Shown: one piece after another, positions 1-9,512 of the stretch | How the letters are laid out: every line of letters starts with the position of its first letter | How positions within the stretch are numbered: the first letter of the stretch is position 1 | NCBI GenBank assembly: GCA_964463525.1 | Contig: CAYXDE010000003.1 | Coordinates: forward strand, 18,407 to 82,406 | Direction: 5' to 3' | DNA: 64,000 nucleotides | Source: an uncultured Dehalococcoidia bacterium | GTDB taxonomy: Bacteria > Chloroflexota > Dehalococcoidia > Lucifugimonadales > UBA3495 | Made by a program: the position numbers and the translations under genes | The notes under the pieces: generated by a model | Databases searched by the model: none | Told to the model about the DNA's origin: nothing | Seen by the model: the letters and a program-made list of their open reading frames with translations, nothing else

Positions 1-20
1 TGCAACACGGCTGCTTTCAT
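1..20 (-). CDS. 5' end (about 6 codons) of an unidentified CDS running off the left edge
   Basis: Minus-strand ATG at 18-20 preceded by a GGAG-containing SD (complement of 26-33). Too short to identify. Confidence 0.25.
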
Positions 21-111
21 GGCCAGTTACTCCTTACCGGACTATCCGTTTATGGCTGGGGACGTTGATGGTTGGGAGACATAATACCCTAAGTCCGCGC
101 GGGTGGTGTTG

Positions 112-1443
112 CTACACGGTTACCCCGGTGAAATTGAAGCTGCTCAGCTTAAGGGCGGGTACCCTGGTCGCGAAGCCAACCTCATTAAGCACCAATTTGG
201 ACTCGCGGCCAACGTGCTCCACGCCGGCCAGGGCTTCCACGTACGACTGTGTGAACCGCAGGTCTTTGACCGGGTGGGTGATCTGGCCGTTCTCGATCAT
301 GAATGTGCCGTCCCTGGTCATTCCCGTCATCACGCACCCCTTGGAATGGGCGAGGCGGGTGTAGAAGAACCGGGTGATATACACGCCCAGCTCCGTGGAA
401 CCGATCAGGTCTTGGAGCGATGAGTTTCCTTCCTGCATGAAAAGGTTGCTGGCGATGGGCCCGCCGGTGAAATAGGCCTGGTGGCCGGTGGAGACAGTCC
501 CTTCTTTTCCGGCGGTGTAGGAGTTATGGACGGGGGTGTTCACAACTCCCTGGGTGATGATGTCCACCCGGCGGCGGGGCATACCCTCGGCGTCGAAGGG
601 CACCGGCCAGCCGTGGGAAGCCGAGCCGTCGTCCCACACCGTCACGCTGGGGCTCATGGCCTGCTCGCCGATCAGGTCGTTCATCCAGCTCCGGCCTTCC
701 TGAACAGCCTGAGCGCCCATGCCGTACAGGCTGAGGGCTTCTAGGATGTCGTCCACGGCGTAGGTGTCCAGCACCACGGGATAGCGTCCCGGTTCTATGG
801 CCAACGGCTCCCGTCCGTCTACCGCTTTGGAAACAGCTTCCCGTCCCAAGGCCTCGGTGTCCATGTCCGAAAGACGCCACGACCCGCCCTTGGCCCACCC
901 GGCCGAGCTGCCGCTCATGGTGTTGATGATCAGCCCCGCAAATGTCCCGGCGTGGTAGGCGCGCGCGCCGTGGCTGCTCACAACGGCAGTCTCCTGGACG
1001 CCGGTGCGGCAGGCGCCCGACACGTTCAGATCATGCTCCTTGCCCTGGAGACAAACGCCCCTGACGATCGACGCTCTGGTCTCCGGGCTGCAACTGGCTG
1101 TCGCCGCATCAAAGCTGTCTACTCCGGCCGCGTCAGCCGGTTGCGGCAGACCCTCGAAAGCCGGGTCTTCAGGCATCAGCAGGGCGTTCTGATGGGCGGC
1201 TTCAACCGCTTTCCGCACTCCCGAATCGCTTAGGTCGTTGGTGGTGGCCCGCCCTAAGCGTTTCCCGGCCACCGAGCGTATGTTCAACACTATGTTGCTG
1301 TGGGCCACGTTCTGGTGGATCGCGCCGCCGGCGAACCGCGACAGACCCAGGTCTTGGGCGCTGAGATAGATATCGGTCTCCTGCGCCTTGGAGTAGCCCA
1401 GGGCTTTTTCCAGAAGGGCCAGAGCGGCCTCGCGGCCCATCAT
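112..1443 (-). CDS. pmbA: TldD/PmbA-family protease, PmbA (TldE)-like partner subunit
   Basis: Track ORF 112..1557. I trim the start to the ATG at 1441-1443 (MMGREAALALLEKALGY...), which forms an ATGA overlap with the upstream tldD stop. It is a paralog of its neighbour but lacks the HExxxH metal motif. Confidence 0.8.
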   Translation of the reverse strand: MMGREAALALLEKALGYSKAQETDIYLSAQDLGLSRFAGGAIHQNVAHSNIVLNIRSVAGKRLGRATTNDLSDSGVRKAVEAAHQNALLMPEDPAFEGLPQPADAAGVDSFDAATASCSPETRASIVRGVCLQGKEHDLNVSGACRTGVQETAVVSSHGARAYHAGTFAGLIINTMSGSSAGWAKGGSWRLSDMDTEALGREAVSKAVDGREPLAIEPGRYPVVLDTYAVDDILEALSLYGMGAQAVQEGRSWMNDLIGEQAMSPSVTVWDDGSASHGWPVPFDAEGMPRRRVDIITQGVVNTPVHNSYTAGKEGTVSTGHQAYFTGGPIASNLFMQEGNSSLQDLIGSTELGVYITRFFYTRLAHSKGCVMTGMTRDGTFMIENGQITHPVKDLRFTQSYVEALAGVEHVGRESKLVLNEVGFATRVPALKLSSFNFTGVTV

Positions 1444-2891
1444 TTCATCACCCCGACCTGGACGTTTCGGAACCGCGCGGGGGCGGCGCCGTGGCCGGTA
1501 TGGCCCAGTTGGCCGGGCTGGCCTTTGCCGCAGTTTGGGATCCCCCACATGGTCCACTGGTCTTCGTTACACACGGCATCGCATGAATTCCAGAACTCCG
1601 GAGTGATGCCGGTGTAGGTGCAATTCTTCAGCAATTTACCCAACTTGCCATTCTTAATCTCGTACCCCGTTTCCGTGCCGAACTGGAAATTGAACCTGCG
1701 GTCGTCTATGGACCAGGACCGGTTCATCTCCATCAGGATGCCGTCGTCGGTATCGGCGATGAGATCTTGCAGGTCCCAGGCCCCGGGTTCCAGGCTTACG
1801 TTGGTCATACGGATCAATGGGATGCGGTTCCAGGAAGCGGCCCGCATCGACCCGTTGGAAACCAGGTCCAGGCCGGATGCAGTCTCCCGCGACATCAGAT
1901 ACCCGACGAATCTCCCGCTCTCAACCACGGGCGTCGATTGTGCGGGGACCCCCTCATCGTCCCAGCCGTATGAGCCCAGGCCGGGCAGCCTGATGCTGTC
2001 GGCGGTGATGTTGACGTGTTCCGAGCCGTATCGGAAGTTGTTCAGCTTGTCGGTGGTGAGGAACGATGTCCCGGCGTAGGCGGCCTCTGAGCCCAGCACC
2101 CGGTCCAATTCAATGGCGTGGCCGCAGGACTCGTGGATCTGAAGCCCCAACTGCGAAGCGCCGACGATCAGGGTTGTAGTTGCCGACGGGCACTGGTCTG
2201 CCGACAACAGCGCAACAGCCTCGCTGGCGGTCTGCTCTGCGTTTCCGGCCAGGTCCATGTCCGCCACGAACTCCCAACCGGCACAGCCCTGCTGACGCAT
2301 GGACTGAGGATACGAACGCCGCTGCACCTCGCCGTTGCCCCGGGCCGTGGCCATGATGCCGCCGCCAGCCTCGTAGATGGTCTGCTCAACGTGGGCGCCC
2401 TCGCTGTTGGCGAAGGATTTCCGTTCCTTGCTGAAGATTAGGTTTCCTGTCCTGGCTGAGATGCCCTTAACGGAGCCCATGCGCTCGTCCGCCGCCAACA
2501 ACAGTCCCAGCTTCTCCTGCGCCGATACCGTGAAGGGGTCTACCTGGACAGGGGTGGTGTAGACGCCCTGGCTCTTCACAGGCGGGCCCAAAGACACAGG
2601 TCCACTGCTGGCCTGGGCTGAAGCCTTGGCGATCTCCACGGCCAGGCCGGTAACCCGGTCGATCTCCGCCGCGGTAATGATATTGGTGGAAGCGAATCCC
2701 CAGGAACCATTGACGATGACCCGGACACCCAAGCCGAGAGACTCGTCGTTACTGAGGGTATCGACCACTCCAGTGCGCACGACGAAACGCTCCTGGTTGG
2801 TCTCTACCAGCCTCACATCGCAATAAGATGCGCCTTTGACCGCCGCCAGGTCCAGGGCCCTTGATAGGAAGTCGTCCATGGGTGTTTTCAT
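1440..2891 (-). CDS. tldD: TldD metalloprotease
   Basis: 483-aa ORF. The N-terminus FLSRALDLAAVKGASYCDVRLVE and the HESCGHAIELD (HExxxH) motif are typical of TldD. Paired with a PmbA-like gene. Confidence 0.9.
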   Translation of the reverse strand: MKTPMDDFLSRALDLAAVKGASYCDVRLVETNQERFVVRTGVVDTLSNDESLGLGVRVIVNGSWGFASTNIITAAEIDRVTGLAVEIAKASAQASSGPVSLGPPVKSQGVYTTPVQVDPFTVSAQEKLGLLLAADERMGSVKGISARTGNLIFSKERKSFANSEGAHVEQTIYEAGGGIMATARGNGEVQRRSYPQSMRQQGCAGWEFVADMDLAGNAEQTASEAVALLSADQCPSATTTLIVGASQLGLQIHESCGHAIELDRVLGSEAAYAGTSFLTTDKLNNFRYGSEHVNITADSIRLPGLGSYGWDDEGVPAQSTPVVESGRFVGYLMSRETASGLDLVSNGSMRAASWNRIPLIRMTNVSLEPGAWDLQDLIADTDDGILMEMNRSWSIDDRRFNFQFGTETGYEIKNGKLGKLLKNCTYTGITPEFWNSCDAVCNEDQWTMWGIPNCGKGQPGQLGHTGHGAAPARFRNVQVGVMK

Positions 2892-3083
2892 CTCCGAGAT
2901 AGAAGATCCAAGTACCGTAATCGGTAAAAATTGCTATAAATCTAAGGTTATTCCAATTGCTATGTTGCGCATTCGATATAAATTTAACTGAATCTTGACT
3001 GATTTCTGACACTCACCCGCCGGGCGACGACAATATACAAGCGATTCAGCATTACCGATTTTAATGGAATCCGTTCGAATAAG

Positions 3084-3112
3084 TTGACATCATGAATACG
3101 CATATCTTATAT
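3084..3112 (+). promoter_or_regulatory. sigma70-like promoter (TTGACA, 17-nt spacer, TTATAT) upstream of the TRAP binding-protein gene
   Basis: TTGACA at 3084-3089 and TTATAT at 3107-3112 with an exact 17-nt spacer, in an AT-rich intergenic region. Implies a leader of about 220 nt. Confidence 0.45.
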
Positions 3113-3134
3113 TTCCGTATCCGCTTTCCGTATC
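3112..3134. repeat. direct repeat TTTCCGTATC x2 (13-nt period) abutting the putative -10
   Basis: Identical 10-mers at 3112-3121 and 3125-3134. Their position at the predicted transcription start suggests an operator. Confidence 0.5.
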
Positions 3135-3338
3135 TGAGCCTCCCGGTCGTTTGACGAGACATCCAAGTGTATATACGAGGATCTCAGCGCGACACGGCAA
3201 GATTGTACGTGCCGTGGCAGACAAGGGGAAGTGTCCCTCGTGTCAGAGGGCCTGAACCGCTTTCCAAAGAGCGTGTTATAGGGATCACGCACCGATCGAC
3301 CGCAGTAATGTGGCCAAATCACCAAAGGAGGCAACTCG

Positions 3339-4493
3339 ATGAGGAAGTTGCAGAAATTTTCGTTTCCAGTCCTGATTGGAATCTTTTTGTTGATCTTGGC
3401 CGCGTGTGGCGGCGATGATGACAATGGGGACGCGACCGATAGCGGCGGTTCCGGCAGCACCACCCCCGCGACAGCCGCTCCTAGCTCCAGTGGCACCACC
3501 GGCGAGTCATTCGAATTCCAGTACGTCTGCGTGAACCGGACCCTGCTTCCCTGCCAGGTGGTCCAGGAGTTCATGGACACAGTCAGAACACGAACTGACG
3601 GGCAGATCGATATTCAGTTGAGTTCCTACCCAGAGTTGGGAATCAGCGGTTTCGACATGATTCGTCTTCTTGAAGACGGAACCATCGGCTTGGGCGAGAT
3701 CTATAGTGGTTTCGTCGGCGGTGAGTTCCCAGTCTTTGAGGCAGCCAATCTATGGGGCGTCTATGATTCGGTCGACCAATGGTTCGAGGCTTCGGAAGCA
3801 TTGGAAGAAGACATCTTGTCACTCGTTAAGAGAGAGACGGACGGCGGGCAGATTGTAGGATTCAACTATTATTCGTCCAACTATTTCTTTACCAAAGATC
3901 CACTGACCACGCTGGATGACTTCGAGGGGGTCAAGACTCGAACTCACAGCAACGTGCTCTCTGACCTGATCGGACCCGACGGCTTGGGTGCCAATCCTCA
4001 GACGATGGCATTCGCCGATGTTTACCCCGCTCTTGAGCGCGGCGTCTTGGATGGCGCGGTGACCTGTGGTTCATGCGGTATCGGCCAAAAGTGGTTCGAG
4101 GTAACTAATCACCTCACCGGCCCGGTGGCGGGCACCTTCGCCCAGACGTTCATCACTTTCAACGGCAAAGAATGGAGGAGCCTTCCCGCCGACTTCCAGG
4201 CCATCCTTCTGGAAGAAGGTGTCCTGCACTCCGCGCGGGCAAAAGCCGCCGCTCTTGACTCTGATGTTGAATCAGAAGGGGACCTGATTGAACTGGGTAT
4301 GACCCACGCCAACTTCACACCTGAAATGTTGGTCATCCTCAAAAACGCCGCTAGAGACGCCGTCATCCCCAAGTGGGCGGAGCGGGCAGGTGGATTTGAG
4401 TCTGAATCTGTTCAGTTGTACAACTCAAAGGTCGGTCCGATCACCGGACTGTACGTTCAACCAGACGGGACAGTCAGTACTAACGTCCAGTAA
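3339..4493 (+). CDS. TRAP-transporter solute-binding lipoprotein (DctP family)
   Basis: AGGAGG SD. Signal peptide with lipobox LILAAC. DctP-like core (NYYSSNYFFTKDP...LDDFEGVKTRT...ALERGVLDGAV). No DctQ/DctM genes are adjacent. Confidence 0.8.
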   Translation: MRKLQKFSFPVLIGIFLLILAACGGDDDNGDATDSGGSGSTTPATAAPSSSGTTGESFEFQYVCVNRTLLPCQVVQEFMDTVRTRTDGQIDIQLSSYPELGISGFDMIRLLEDGTIGLGEIYSGFVGGEFPVFEAANLWGVYDSVDQWFEASEALEEDILSLVKRETDGGQIVGFNYYSSNYFFTKDPLTTLDDFEGVKTRTHSNVLSDLIGPDGLGANPQTMAFADVYPALERGVLDGAVTCGSCGIGQKWFEVTNHLTGPVAGTFAQTFITFNGKEWRSLPADFQAILLEEGVLHSARAKAAALDSDVESEGDLIELGMTHANFTPEMLVILKNAARDAVIPKWAERAGGFESESVQLYNSKVGPITGLYVQPDGTVSTNVQ

Positions 4494-4527
4494 GAGAACG
4501 AACTCGATTCATTCTTGAACAGAGCGC

Positions 4528-4566
4528 AAAAAGAGGCGCCCCAACCGGGGCGCCTCTTTCTTGTTG
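4528..4566. terminator. bidirectional intrinsic terminator between convergent genes
   Basis: 11-bp GC-rich stem AGAGGCGCCCC/GGGGCGCCTCT (4532-4542 / 4547-4557) with loop AACC, flanked by an A-run and a T-rich run. Confidence 0.8.
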
Positions 4567-4587
4567 GAGTATCGGAGGAAGCGATTC

Positions 4588-6201
4588 TTAGTTCGGTCGG
4601 AGTTTGAAGCGTTGGATCTTGCCGGTTGCGGTCTTTGGCAGTTCCTCGACGAAGTTGAACCACCTGGGGTATTTGTAGCGGGCCAGGCCGTCTTGGCAGT
4701 GCTTCAACAAGTCATCGGCCAGCGAATCTGAGGCGTCCTGGGCGTCGTTCAGCACCACGTACGCTTCCGGCTTGATCAGTTCGTCTGTGTCCGGCCGTCC
4801 CACGATGGCGGCCTCAAGCACTTTAGGGTGCTCGATGAGACGGCTCTCTATCTCCACCGGGGAGCACCAGATCCCGCCCACCTTCAGCATGTCGTCGCTG
4901 CGTCCGCAGTAGACGAAATAACCGTCGGCGTCCTCGAAGTAGGTGTCGCCCGTATTGAGCCAACCGTCCACCATGGTCTCCGCGGTCTTCTGGGGATTGT
5001 TCCAGTAGTGGGTAGACGTGGAATCGCCTTGGATCAGCAGCCTGCCCGCTTCTCCGGTGGGCACGGGCTGGTCTTCGTCATTCAGGATCTTCATCTGGTA
5101 GCCAGGCACGGGTTTGCCGCTGGTGCCCGGCCGGTGGTCGTCCAGCGTGTTGGAGATGAAGATGTGCAGGGCTTCCGTGGACCCGATCCCGTCCAGGATC
5201 AGAGTGTCCGTCTTCTCCCGCCAACGGCGGAAGATGTCGGCCGGCAGGGCCTCACCGGCGGAGACACAGCAGCGGACCGAAGAGAAATCTCTGGCGCCCT
5301 CGTCCAGCGCTCTGAGTTGAGCGGCGTACAGGGTAGGCACGCCGAAATAGATGGTCGGCTTGTGGTCTTCAATGATCTGGAAGGTCATATCGGGAGAGGG
5401 CCGCTGGCTGCTCAGCACGGCGGTGCCGCCCACCCAGAGGGGGAAAGTCATGGCGTTGCCAAGCCCGTAGGCGAAGAACAACTTGGCTGCCGAGAAGCAG
5501 ATGTCCTCTTGGGCCATGCCCAGCGCGTCTTCAGCGTAATGGACGCAGGTGGCCACTATGTCGCGGTGGCGGTGCACGGCGCCCTTGGGACGGCCCGTGG
5601 AGCCGGATGAGTACAGCCAGAAGCACTCGGAGTCCTCAGAGGCAGGCGAAGGTTCCAAGTGCGAGGAATAATCTGCCAGCAGTCCGGACATCCCGCTGGG
5701 ACCCTCGGTGCAGAGGATGAAGCCCGGCTGATGGTCAGAGGCGGCAAGGGCCGGAACGACCTCAGACTGATACTCCGGAGAATAAACCAGACCGGCGCAT
5801 CCAGAATCCTCGATCATGAACCGGTAGTCGTCTGCCCGGAGGAGGGTGTTCAGGGGCACCGGTACGAGACCGGCTTTGATCGCGCCCCAGAAGATGTAGA
5901 AGAACTCAGGACAGTCCTTCACGACCATGAGGATGCGGCTGCCGGGCTCCGGGGCCAAGGAATCAAGCAGATTGCCGCACCGGTTTACCTGCTCAGCCAA
6001 CCGCTGGTAGGTGACCGGCTTCTCCGCCTCAGAGCCGGGAGCGGCGTCGGCGTTGATGATGGCCGGGTAGCCGCCCCGCCCCTCATCCAGGTGCCGGTCG
6101 ATCATGGTGACGGCCACGTTGAAGACCGGCGAGTATTCGATCTGGGACGGAGTGGGCCCGCGGTCCACAGATACGGTATTGGCAGCGATGGGTCCACTCA
6201 T
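4588..6201 (-). CDS. benzoate-CoA ligase family (aryl-CoA ligase, AMP-forming)
   Basis: AMP-binding motif LYSSGSTGRPKG, plus GDTYFEDADGYFVYCGRSDDMLKVGGIWCSPVEIE, which is typical of benzoate/4-hydroxybenzoate-CoA ligases. Lies directly downstream of boxB and boxC. Confidence 0.85.
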   Translation of the reverse strand: MSGPIAANTVSVDRGPTPSQIEYSPVFNVAVTMIDRHLDEGRGGYPAIINADAAPGSEAEKPVTYQRLAEQVNRCGNLLDSLAPEPGSRILMVVKDCPEFFYIFWGAIKAGLVPVPLNTLLRADDYRFMIEDSGCAGLVYSPEYQSEVVPALAASDHQPGFILCTEGPSGMSGLLADYSSHLEPSPASEDSECFWLYSSGSTGRPKGAVHRHRDIVATCVHYAEDALGMAQEDICFSAAKLFFAYGLGNAMTFPLWVGGTAVLSSQRPSPDMTFQIIEDHKPTIYFGVPTLYAAQLRALDEGARDFSSVRCCVSAGEALPADIFRRWREKTDTLILDGIGSTEALHIFISNTLDDHRPGTSGKPVPGYQMKILNDEDQPVPTGEAGRLLIQGDSTSTHYWNNPQKTAETMVDGWLNTGDTYFEDADGYFVYCGRSDDMLKVGGIWCSPVEIESRLIEHPKVLEAAIVGRPDTDELIKPEAYVVLNDAQDASDSLADDLLKHCQDGLARYKYPRWFNFVEELPKTATGKIQRFKLRPN

Positions 6202-6216
6202 GAGACGCGCGCTTGC

Positions 6217-7656
6217 CTAGTTGAACCTGACGTATTCATAGTCCCAAGGCTTGCCGTTGATGCCGCGCACCGGCGGGGCTATCCAGGCGGCGATCTTTCC
6301 CGGCTCGGTCACCCGGTTCATCAGGGTGCCGACGAATGTCTGGTCCTCTTTCGTTGGCAGCCAGTCCCCGTGTTGGGCCTGCCATTCGGCCTCGGTCAGC
6401 ACATCGCCGGACGGCGACACGTTGATGCCCGCCGACGCTCCTATATGGCGGTTGAAGAAGCGGTGGGGCAGGGTGAACCGGAAACCCACGCCGTGGGACT
6501 CCAGCACACCGTTCCAACGTTCCACACCGCGCTGCGAGTCTTTGATGTAGTCATCACGGAGACGCTCATTGACAGCGCTGAGGGCGGGCCTGTCCTCTTG
6601 GATGATGTGGCCGTCTTGGACCTGTAACACCGGCCAGATGCTGTCGTTCAGGCGGTGGTCATCGTCGAGTCTGGTTTCTTGGAAACGGCCCTTGAGACCG
6701 GAGTTGAAGTAGGTGGCGGCGTTGGTGGAAATCTCCTGCCCGAACAGGTCCACGGAGACAGAGAAGTGCAGATTGATGTACTTCTGAACGGTCTCCAGGT
6801 CCACAGCCCCACCTGCGCGCACCATCTTGGGGTCGTCGCTATGGACTTCTTTCATCACCTCACAGGTACGTTGGGCCACGCGCATGATGCCCGTCTCCCC
6901 GACGAACATATGGTGGGCCTCCTCGGTGAGCATGAACTGACAGGTGCGTGCCAGGGGGTCGAATCCCGACTCGGCAAGGGCGGCCAGCTGGTATTTGCCG
7001 TCACGGTCGGTGAAATAGGTGAACATGTAATAGGACAGCCAGTCCGGGGTGGGCTCATTGAACGCGCCCAGTATCCTGGGCTTGTCGGCGTCCCCTGAAT
7101 GACGCTCCAACAACATCTCGGCCTCTTCCCTTCCGTCACGGCCGAAGTAGGCGTGGAGCAGGTAGACCATGGCCCACAGGTGGCGGCCTTCTTCCACGTT
7201 TATCTGGAAGAGGTTGCGCAGGTCGTATAGAGATGGACAAGTGACGCCCAGGTGGCGCTGCTGCTCCACAGAGGCCGGCTCGGTGTCACCCTGGGTGACT
7301 ATCAGGCGGCGCAGTGGGGCGCGGTACTCGCCGGGAACATCCTGCCAAGCCTTTTCACCTTTGTGGTCCCCGAAAGTGATCGTCTTTTCCAAGTCAGGTT
7401 TGGCCAGAAAGATTCCCCACCGGTAATCGGGCATCTTCACGAAATCGAAATTGGCCCAGCCGTCGCGCTCAACGCTGATGGCCGTGCGCAGGTAGACGTC
7501 AAACCCGGTACTGCGGTCCGGGCCCAGCTCCTGCCACCACTTGAGGTAATTGGGCTGCCAGGACTCCAGTGCCCTTTGCAAACGCCGGTTGCTGGCCAGC
7601 CCCACGTTGTTGGGAATGCGCTCTGAGTAATCTATGTTGGAGTGTTCTACAGTCAT
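6217..7656 (-). CDS. boxB: benzoyl-CoA 2,3-epoxidase, oxygenase component BoxB
   Basis: N-terminus IDYSERIPNNVGLASNRRLQRALESWQPNYLKWW. Two diiron ExxH motifs (NVEEGRHLW, LTEEAHHMF). About 479 aa, as expected for BoxB. Confidence 0.9.
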   Translation of the reverse strand: MTVEHSNIDYSERIPNNVGLASNRRLQRALESWQPNYLKWWQELGPDRSTGFDVYLRTAISVERDGWANFDFVKMPDYRWGIFLAKPDLEKTITFGDHKGEKAWQDVPGEYRAPLRRLIVTQGDTEPASVEQQRHLGVTCPSLYDLRNLFQINVEEGRHLWAMVYLLHAYFGRDGREEAEMLLERHSGDADKPRILGAFNEPTPDWLSYYMFTYFTDRDGKYQLAALAESGFDPLARTCQFMLTEEAHHMFVGETGIMRVAQRTCEVMKEVHSDDPKMVRAGGAVDLETVQKYINLHFSVSVDLFGQEISTNAATYFNSGLKGRFQETRLDDDHRLNDSIWPVLQVQDGHIIQEDRPALSAVNERLRDDYIKDSQRGVERWNGVLESHGVGFRFTLPHRFFNRHIGASAGINVSPSGDVLTEAEWQAQHGDWLPTKEDQTFVGTLMNRVTEPGKIAAWIAPPVRGINGKPWDYEYVRFN

Positions 7657-7685
7657 GGTTTACTCGCGTTTTGCCGGGGCTGCAA

Positions 7686-9374
7686 TCACACCCGGCCTTT
7701 GTCGAATTGAGTCTTGGCGCCGGTGCCGTATAGCTGCAGCGCACCCTGGTCGCCCGAGGCGTTGGGACGCTGAAATATCCAGTTCTGCCAGGCGCTGAGG
7801 CGTCCGAATATCTTGCTCTCCATGGTCTCCGGCCCGCCGAACCGCAGGCTGGCTTCCATGCCTGTGAGGGCGTCGGGAGAAAAGCTGGCCCGCTCTTCCA
7901 AGGCAAGCCGGACTTCGTCTTCCCAGTCTATATCGTCTGGTATGAAAGTGACCAACCCAAGATGAAGGGCTGACTGGGCGTCCAGGTCGGTCCCGATGTT
8001 TTCCTGCACAGCCGTAACAGAGTCGGGTTGTCCCAGGAAGCGGCCTTCGAGGCGGGTGATCCCATTTACCATGGGTAGAGGGCCGAAATTCATGCCTGTG
8101 GGCCGGACTGACGCCGGGATGTCGGGATAGTCGTAATCGTCTTCGAAAGTGCCGTCTAGCATGTAGCACCGATCGGCGGCCAGGGCCAGTTCCAAAAGGG
8201 CGCCGGTGAAACAGCTGCCAGGCTCGATGAGTGTCACCAGCGACCGTGAACTGACGTCCAGGCGTTTCAGCGTGCGCTTCAAGTAGAGGGTAATCTCCCT
8301 GACCAGCCAGTCTGAAGCGTGTTCCAGCAGCAGGTCGTCGTAAGCCGCCACGAGAGCGCTGTCGCCCCGGGTCCGGAACACCCAGGTGCCGGACTCGCTC
8401 TCGTTGAGCCTCAGGTGGAGGATGGCATCATCCAACTGCCGGGCCAACGCCAGCGGCCAGAATCTCTCCCCCTGAGCGTGAATGTCCTCAAGGTTCGCCG
8501 GTGGAGGCGTGGTTGGGCCCTCGATCAGGATGTGGGCCACCCCCAACTCCCGGTCCAGCTCTATCTTGACGTGGTCGTAGCTGACCTTATCTGCATCGGT
8601 CTTCCGTTCCAGGGTAGTTAGCTCGATGCCCTTGGCCGAGGCGGGCCGGTCTGACTTACCGGAAAGTTCTGCTGCCATCTCTGATACGGCCTGATCGAAG
8701 GAAGAGCGAGGCGAGAGTTGGTCAACCAGCCTCCATTCCACGGCCCGGCTGCCCCGTACTCCTTCTGAGGTCGTGCAGAGAAAGTCGGCGTGGTCGTGCC
8801 GGACCCCGCGTTTGTCTACCAGGCGTGTCAGTCCGCCGGTGCCTGGCAGAACGGCAAGCAGTGGCAGCTCTGGAAGGGAGACCGTGCTTGAACCGTCGTC
8901 GATCAGCAGGATGTGGTCGCAGGCCAGGGCCAGCTCGTAACCGCCGCCCGCCGCTGGGCCGTTGATGGCGCAGATATAGGTCTGGCCGGAATTCTCCGAG
9001 GCGTCTTCCATGGAATTCCGGGTCTCGTTGGTGAACTTACAGAAATTCACTTTGAAGGCGTGGCCCGACTGGCCCAGCATCTTTATATTGGCGCCGGCGC
9101 AGAAAACCCGGTCTTTGGCGGACGTGACAACCACCGCGCCGACCTCCGGGTGCTCGAACCGCAGCCGTTGAACGGCGTCGTAGAGCTCAATATCCACTCC
9201 CAAATCGTAGGAATTGAGCTTGAGTTCATAGCCTGGGGTCAGAGGTTGGTCTTCTTGGACGTCCAGGCTCAGCCGTGCTATTCGCCCTTCGATCTCCAGC
9301 CGCCAATGTTTGTACTGGGCGGGGCTGGTGGCGAAATCCACAAATACGCTTTTTGCGGTGGGCGTGTCAGCCAT
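7686..9374 (-). CDS. boxC: 2,3-epoxybenzoyl-CoA dihydrolase (benzoyl-CoA-dihydrodiol lyase) BoxC
   Basis: Crotonase-fold N-domain (VFCAGANIKML). About 560 aa with a BoxC-like two-domain layout. The track start at 9407 is a TTG; I prefer the ATG at 9372-9374 (MADTPTAKS...). The start is uncertain by 11 codons. Confidence 0.85.
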   Translation of the reverse strand: MADTPTAKSVFVDFATSPAQYKHWRLEIEGRIARLSLDVQEDQPLTPGYELKLNSYDLGVDIELYDAVQRLRFEHPEVGAVVVTSAKDRVFCAGANIKMLGQSGHAFKVNFCKFTNETRNSMEDASENSGQTYICAINGPAAGGGYELALACDHILLIDDGSSTVSLPELPLLAVLPGTGGLTRLVDKRGVRHDHADFLCTTSEGVRGSRAVEWRLVDQLSPRSSFDQAVSEMAAELSGKSDRPASAKGIELTTLERKTDADKVSYDHVKIELDRELGVAHILIEGPTTPPPANLEDIHAQGERFWPLALARQLDDAILHLRLNESESGTWVFRTRGDSALVAAYDDLLLEHASDWLVREITLYLKRTLKRLDVSSRSLVTLIEPGSCFTGALLELALAADRCYMLDGTFEDDYDYPDIPASVRPTGMNFGPLPMVNGITRLEGRFLGQPDSVTAVQENIGTDLDAQSALHLGLVTFIPDDIDWEDEVRLALEERASFSPDALTGMEASLRFGGPETMESKIFGRLSAWQNWIFQRPNASGDQGALQLYGTGAKTQFDKGRV

Positions 9375-9512
9375 TTCGCTGGGTCCGTGCCGGAACGATT
9401 TGGTCAATCTTATCAGAACCGGCGCGTTCGAGCCGGTGCGTCACAGACAGCGTTGACAGGCGTCAGGGCCGTCAATACACTGCCGGGATACTTCGGAGAT
9501 TGGAGAGCAGCC

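Noticed and set aside
3107-3580. A 157-aa minus-strand ORF across the TRAP promoter and 5' end.
   Set aside because: It overlaps the promoter, leader and signal-peptide region of a confident plus-strand gene. It has no SD and an odd composition.
5659-6627. Long antisense ORFs inside confident genes. Examples: 5659..6627, 4828..5610, 15598..16293, 16923..17534, 18290..19237, 19849..20520, 28457..29254, 30006..30779, 40864..41814, 48014..48493, 52014..53462, 53532..54179.
   Set aside because: These are typical high-GC shadow frames with Arg/Gly/Pro/His-rich, low-complexity products. They have no SD, and each overlaps a gene with clear family motifs on the opposite strand.
8913-9512. The N-terminal 200 aa of track ORF 8913..10472.
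   Set aside because: This stretch is antisense to boxC and has a Gly/Arg/Ala-rich shadow composition. A good SD and ATG at 9513 give a full-length LLM protein.
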